A stretch of 11,287 nt of DNA from Promethearchaeota archaeon (GTDB lineage: Archaea > Asgardarchaeota > Lokiarchaeia > Sigyniarchaeales > SOKP01): positions 1-11,287 of the forward strand of contig JBHLMP010000074.1 of assembly GCA_048938025.1 (NCBI GenBank). The letters run 5' to 3'. The translations under genes were made by a program, and so were the position numbers. Of this stretch, positions 8,362 to 11,287 are shown piece by piece; positions within the stretch are counted from its first letter, which is position 1; every line of letters begins with the position of its first letter. Below the pieces are notes generated by a model, which saw only the letters and a list, made by a program, of their open reading frames with translations, ran no database searches and was not told where the DNA came from.

Positions 8362-9120
8362 TTATCCTTCATTTTTTTTAGTTAATATATCTTCCTTTAC
8401 TATTTTCCCATCATCAAATAGTAGAACTCTATCTGCTAAACCTAGCAAATATTCATCATGAGTGGCAATAATAATTGTAACATCATCATTCTTTAAATCA
8501 TTAAAAACATCTCTAATAAACTGACTTGTTTTTTTATCCAAATTAGCTGTTGGCTCATCGGCAAGTATAAGTGGAGGATTAATTGATAAAGCCCTAGCGA
8601 TTGCAACTCTCTGCTGTTCTCCAGCTGATAATTGAAATGGCAGATGTTCTCTGCGTTCACCTAATCCCATTTTTATTAATAAATTAACTGCACGTTCTCT
8701 TTGTTCTTTAAATTTCATACCTGCAAGATTCATAGGGAACATAACGTTTTCTTCAGCAGTAAGAGTACTTATAAGATTATAATTTTGAAAAATGAATCCT
8801 GAATTTATTAACCTAAACGTTGCTAGCGATTCTTCTTTCATATCAGAAATTTTTATACCAAGATTGTAAATTGTTCCTTTGTTAGGAGTATCTAATCCAC
8901 CTAATAAATTCAATAGAGTTGTTTTTCCTGCTCCAGAAGGTCCATTAATACAAACAAATTGACCATTCCTAATTTTTAAAGACACATTATCAACTGCTCT
9001 AACAATAAATTCACCTATTTCATAATCTTTAACTAAATTCATAGCAACAATGTGATAATCATTTGGCTCATCTAACTCTAAAGCAATATTTTCTTCTTCA
9101 AATTCTTCTTTTACTTTCAA
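8362..9120 (-). CDS. ABC transporter ATP-binding protein (LolD/MacB/FtsE-like)
   Basis: Walker A GPSGAGKTT, Q-loop GFIFQNYNLI, signature LSAGEQQRV, Walker B ILADEPT, H-loop IATHD; TTG start, exact start uncertain. Confidence 0.95.
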   Translation of the reverse strand: MKVKEEFEEENIALELDEPNDYHIVAMNLVKDYEIGEFIVRAVDNVSLKIRNGQFVCINGPSGAGKTTLLNLLGGLDTPNKGTIYNLGIKISDMKEESLATFRLINSGFIFQNYNLISTLTAEENVMFPMNLAGMKFKEQRERAVNLLIKMGLGERREHLPFQLSAGEQQRVAIARALSINPPLILADEPTANLDKKTSQFIRDVFNDLKNDDVTIIIATHDEYLLGLADRVLLFDDGKIVKEDILTKKNEG

Positions 9121-9332
9121 GATTTCAAAATTACTATTAGATTTTATTTTAAATTAAAAAGGGTTTTCAAAGAAGTTAACAATTCTTCAAAAATTCTACT
9201 TAAAAAATTAATAGCAAATTTTTATAATTTATGTTTAAAATTAAATTAAGTTTAAATATTAAAATTTCATATTTATCTTTTAGAGGGAAGACTGAGAAAA
9301 TAAAATATTTATAATATCCCCTAATTTCCTAA

Positions 9333-9408
9333 TTAAACACCTGCGCAATTCGCGCCAAGGATCAAATGGTACTAAATTTTATCCCAAAGTTTTAAGCTAC
9401 GTGCTTAA
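9333..9408 (-). ncRNA. Putative structured RNA element (three-way junction), unclassified
   Basis: Closing stem TTAAGCAC (9408-9401)/GTGTTTAA (9340-9333); stem GGGAT-A-AAAT/ATTT-G-ATCCT (9385-9358); stem GCGCG/TGCGC (9355-9343). All three contain G-U pairs on the minus strand that would be A-C mismatches on plus. Locally GC-enriched. Confidence 0.35.
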
Positions 9409-9458
9409 GATTTTGATTTTCTCTTCTTCCTTCTTCTTCTTTTTTTACTTTTTGACAA
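9405..9458 (-). CDS. Putative 17-aa highly basic peptide MSKSKKRRRRKKRKSKS (possible uORF/leader or nucleic-acid-binding micropeptide)
   Basis: TTG TCA AAA AGT AAA AAA AGA AGA AGA AGG AAG AAG AGA AAA TCA AAA TCT TAA; no SD seen; below ORF-track length cut-off. Confidence 0.35.
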   Translation of the reverse strand: MSKSKKRRRRKKRKSKS

Positions 9459-9544
9459 AGAATTTAGAGATTTTATTTATTATTTCATTAAAATAAGATT
9501 TAAAGGACAGATTTAATTAAATATTAATAAAAATTAAGGTATAA

Positions 9545-9552
9545 TTTATATA
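9545..9552 (+). promoter_or_regulatory. Candidate archaeal TATA box for the corrinoid protein gene (leaderless-type spacing)
   Basis: TTTATATA 30-23 nt upstream of ATG 9575, with no SD before the ATG; weak because the background is very AT-rich. Confidence 0.35.
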
Positions 9553-9574
9553 TAAAAAAAATGTGTAGATTTTT

Positions 9575-10207
9575 ATGGATTTTGAAAAATTAACGGAACT
9601 TATTATTGAATTAGAAGTGGATGATATTGCTGATGCGGTAAAGGAAGCACTGGGAGAGGGAAAAGATCCTTTTGAGGTTTTAAATGCATTAACTAAGGGA
9701 ATGGATGAAGTTGGGCGTCGGTATGAAGAAAAAGAATATTATTTAACCGAATTGGTACTAGCGGGAGAAACTATGAAGGAGGCTTTTGCTGTTTTAAGAC
9801 CAGCTTTAGCTGCTGTCGATAAATCACAAGAGAAAGTTAAAATAATCATTGGTACCGTTAAGGGAGATAATCATGATATTGGTAAAAATATATTAGGATC
9901 TTTGCTCTTGAGCTCTGGTTTTGAAATTTATGACCTTGGCATGGATGTTGATGAAAAAGCAATTGTTGAGAAGGTTAAAGAAACAGGAGCAACTATTATT
10001 GGATTAAGCTCGCTTCTTACGATGACTGTTGAACATATTAAAATTGTCCATGAAGCTTTAATAAATGCTGGACTCCGTGATAAAGTTAAATTAATTGTTG
10101 GGGGCGCTCCTTTAAATCTAGAACTTGCTAAAAGACTTGGAGCTGACGATTTTGCAGATGATGCCGTGGAAGGTATAAAACATATTAAAAAGTTAGCAGG
10201 GATGTAA
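9575..10207 (+). CDS. Corrinoid (cobalamin-binding) protein, MtaC/MtbC/MttC-like methyltransferase cognate protein
   Basis: 210 aa; N-terminal cap (LTKGMDEVGRRYE..EYYLTELV), B12 motif GDNHDIGKN (DxHxxG), GLSSLL, VGGAP, LGAD. Confidence 0.94.
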   Translation: MDFEKLTELIIELEVDDIADAVKEALGEGKDPFEVLNALTKGMDEVGRRYEEKEYYLTELVLAGETMKEAFAVLRPALAAVDKSQEKVKIIIGTVKGDNHDIGKNILGSLLLSSGFEIYDLGMDVDEKAIVEKVKETGATIIGLSSLLTMTVEHIKIVHEALINAGLRDKVKLIVGGAPLNLELAKRLGADDFADDAVEGIKHIKKLAGM

Positions 10208-10220
10208 AAGTAATTTAGCT

Positions 10221-10264
10221 ATTCTCTTATTTTTCTCTTTCCTCCTTAATATTACCATTTTTTC
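10221..10264 (+). terminator. Pyrimidine/oligo-T tract, possible archaeal terminator after the corrinoid gene
   Basis: attctcttatttttctctttcctcc...catttttttc immediately after the stop at 10207. Confidence 0.3.
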
Positions 10265-10477
10265 AATCCGGATTTATAAATTATAAAGAACTTTTTTTAA
10301 GTATTTTATATCTTTTCTACGATTAGTATTTATTTTAATTAAAATATAATGAGAACATTTAAACTCTTTTTAAATTGTTTATATCTCAAGATTTAATCTA
10401 AATAAATTATCCTTTCTAATATATGATTTTTAAAAAATATTTTAGAATAGAATAAAAATTTAAAGGAGGTTTAAAAG

Positions 10478-10732
10478 TTGATTGAGAAAGATAATAACGA
10501 TATTGAATATGATGAAGAATTAGATACACGAGGTTTATTTTGTCCAGAACCTCTTTTTGAGGTTAGGAATTTAAGTGAAAACCTTGAAGTAGGTCAATGT
10601 TTTAAAGTGATTGCTGATGATCCTGCTGCTGAGGAGGATCTTACGCGGTGGGCTAAGAGGACAGAGACACAATTAGTAGAGTTTAGAAAGGATGGGGATG
10701 ATTTAATATTTTATTTCAAAAAAATGAAATAA
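10478..10732 (+). CDS. tusA: TusA/SirA-family sulfur carrier protein
   Basis: 84 aa; ELDTRGLFCPEP (CPxP motif), ADDPAAEEDL..WA; TTG start with GGAGG at 10465-10469. Confidence 0.93.
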   Translation: MIEKDNNDIEYDEELDTRGLFCPEPLFEVRNLSENLEVGQCFKVIADDPAAEEDLTRWAKRTETQLVEFRKDGDDLIFYFKKMK

Positions 10733-10748
10733 AAGAGATGAAAAAAAA

Positions 10749-11108
10749 ATGGAACAAAAACATATTCTTTATGTTCAAACAAGTCATGATCCAGAAAGAC
10801 AATATAGTCCTCTTGTGTTAGCTCAAACTGCTAAGGCAATGGATATTAAAGCTACTGTTTATTACTTAGGTACTGCTTTAAGGATATTAAAACCTGGAGA
10901 AGCTGAAAAGATAAAACTTGGTGATTTTCCCAGTGTTAAAGAAATGATTGATAAAACATTAAATATGGGTATTGAAATATTAGTATGCGAAGCTTCAAAG
11001 CGAATGTTAGGTTGGGAAAAAGCGGAGCTCATTCCAGGTGTCAAAATTGTAGGAGCTGCAACTTTAAATGATTTAGTCTTAGATGTTGATGCAACACAGT
11101 GGTTTTAA
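10749..11108 (+). CDS. DsrE/DsrF/TusD-family sulfur-transfer (peroxiredoxin-like) protein
   Basis: 119 aa; PER...PL.LA..A.AM...ATVYY.G, conserved Cys in GIEILVCEAS, IPGVKIVGAA; 16 nt after tusA. Confidence 0.88.
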   Translation: MEQKHILYVQTSHDPERQYSPLVLAQTAKAMDIKATVYYLGTALRILKPGEAEKIKLGDFPSVKEMIDKTLNMGIEILVCEASKRMLGWEKAELIPGVKIVGAATLNDLVLDVDATQWF

Positions 11109-11174
11109 TATTTGTTTAATTGAGATCATTATATAAATTATTAATTAAAGAATTTTATAATTGAGGAGGTAAAA

Positions 11175-11287
11175 ATGAGTATATATCTGGATTATCAAGC
11201 CGCAAAACCAGTTGATGTGAGAGTAGTTTCAGAGATGACAATATACTTTAATAACAAGTTTGCTAATCCATCTTCTTTACATTGCGA
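11175..11287 (+). CDS. iscS: Cysteine desulfurase (IscS/NifS-type, class V aminotransferase), 5' part only
   Basis: Not in ORF track; ATG 11175 after GAGGAGGT (11163-11170) gives MSIYLDYQAAKPVDVRVVSEMTIYFNNKFANPSSLHC, matching IYLD..A..P.D......M.......NPSSLH; runs off the window. Confidence 0.88.
   Translation, partial: MSIYLDYQAAKPVDVRVVSEMTIYFNNKFANPSSLHC

Noticed and set aside
9335-9406. Canonical tRNA gene
   Set aside because: Right length and tRNA-like 5' end, but no GTTCRA T-loop, no D-stem pairing and no anticodon stem; kept only as a structured element.
9405-9458. Ribosomal protein eL41/eS32 assignment for the basic peptide
   Set aside because: Lacks the Trp and hydrophobic pattern (KW.KKR.RRLKR); the similarity is compositional only.
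9280-9574. Cobalamin riboswitch upstream of the corrinoid gene
   Set aside because: Only an isolated GGGAAG; the B12-box and other conserved segments (GCCACTG, AGYCAGRAGACC) are absent, and pairing favours the opposite strand.
10738-10751. Upstream ATG plus A9 run before the DsrE gene as a slippage site
   Set aside because: Would add only four residues; poly-A runs are common here.
10862-11044. 60-aa minus-strand ORF
   Set aside because: Antisense within the DsrE-family gene.
10478-11108. Selenocysteine/pyrrolysine recoding in sulfur-relay genes
   Set aside because: Active sites use ordinary Cys codons, both genes end in TAA at family-typical lengths, and no SECIS-like motif was recognised.

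Overview
AT-rich window (roughly a quarter G+C by eye). Gene content and style suggest an archaeon, most plausibly Asgard/Lokiarchaeia; this is inference, not a database result. Minus strand, left to right: HAD phosphatase; a long SNAP-like TPR protein whose frame extends well upstream of the ORF-track start, probably to an ATT codon; a 4-TM membrane protein with a C-terminal zinc ribbon; RNase Z; a repetitive coiled-coil protein; and a MacB/FtsX-type ABC permease plus ATPase. Plus strand: a ThiS/MoaD/SAMP ubiquitin-like protein ending GG-S; a stand-alone corrinoid (B12-binding) protein; and a TusA - DsrE - cysteine desulfurase (truncated at the edge) sulfur-relay cluster. The most unusual unannotated element lies between the ABC ATPase and the corrinoid gene: a 17-codon Lys/Arg/Ser ORF (MSKSKKRRRRKKRKSKS) whose stop codon overlaps a tRNA-sized three-way-junction RNA with a competing hairpin. 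No rRNA, canonical tRNA, CRISPR array or mobile element was recognised.
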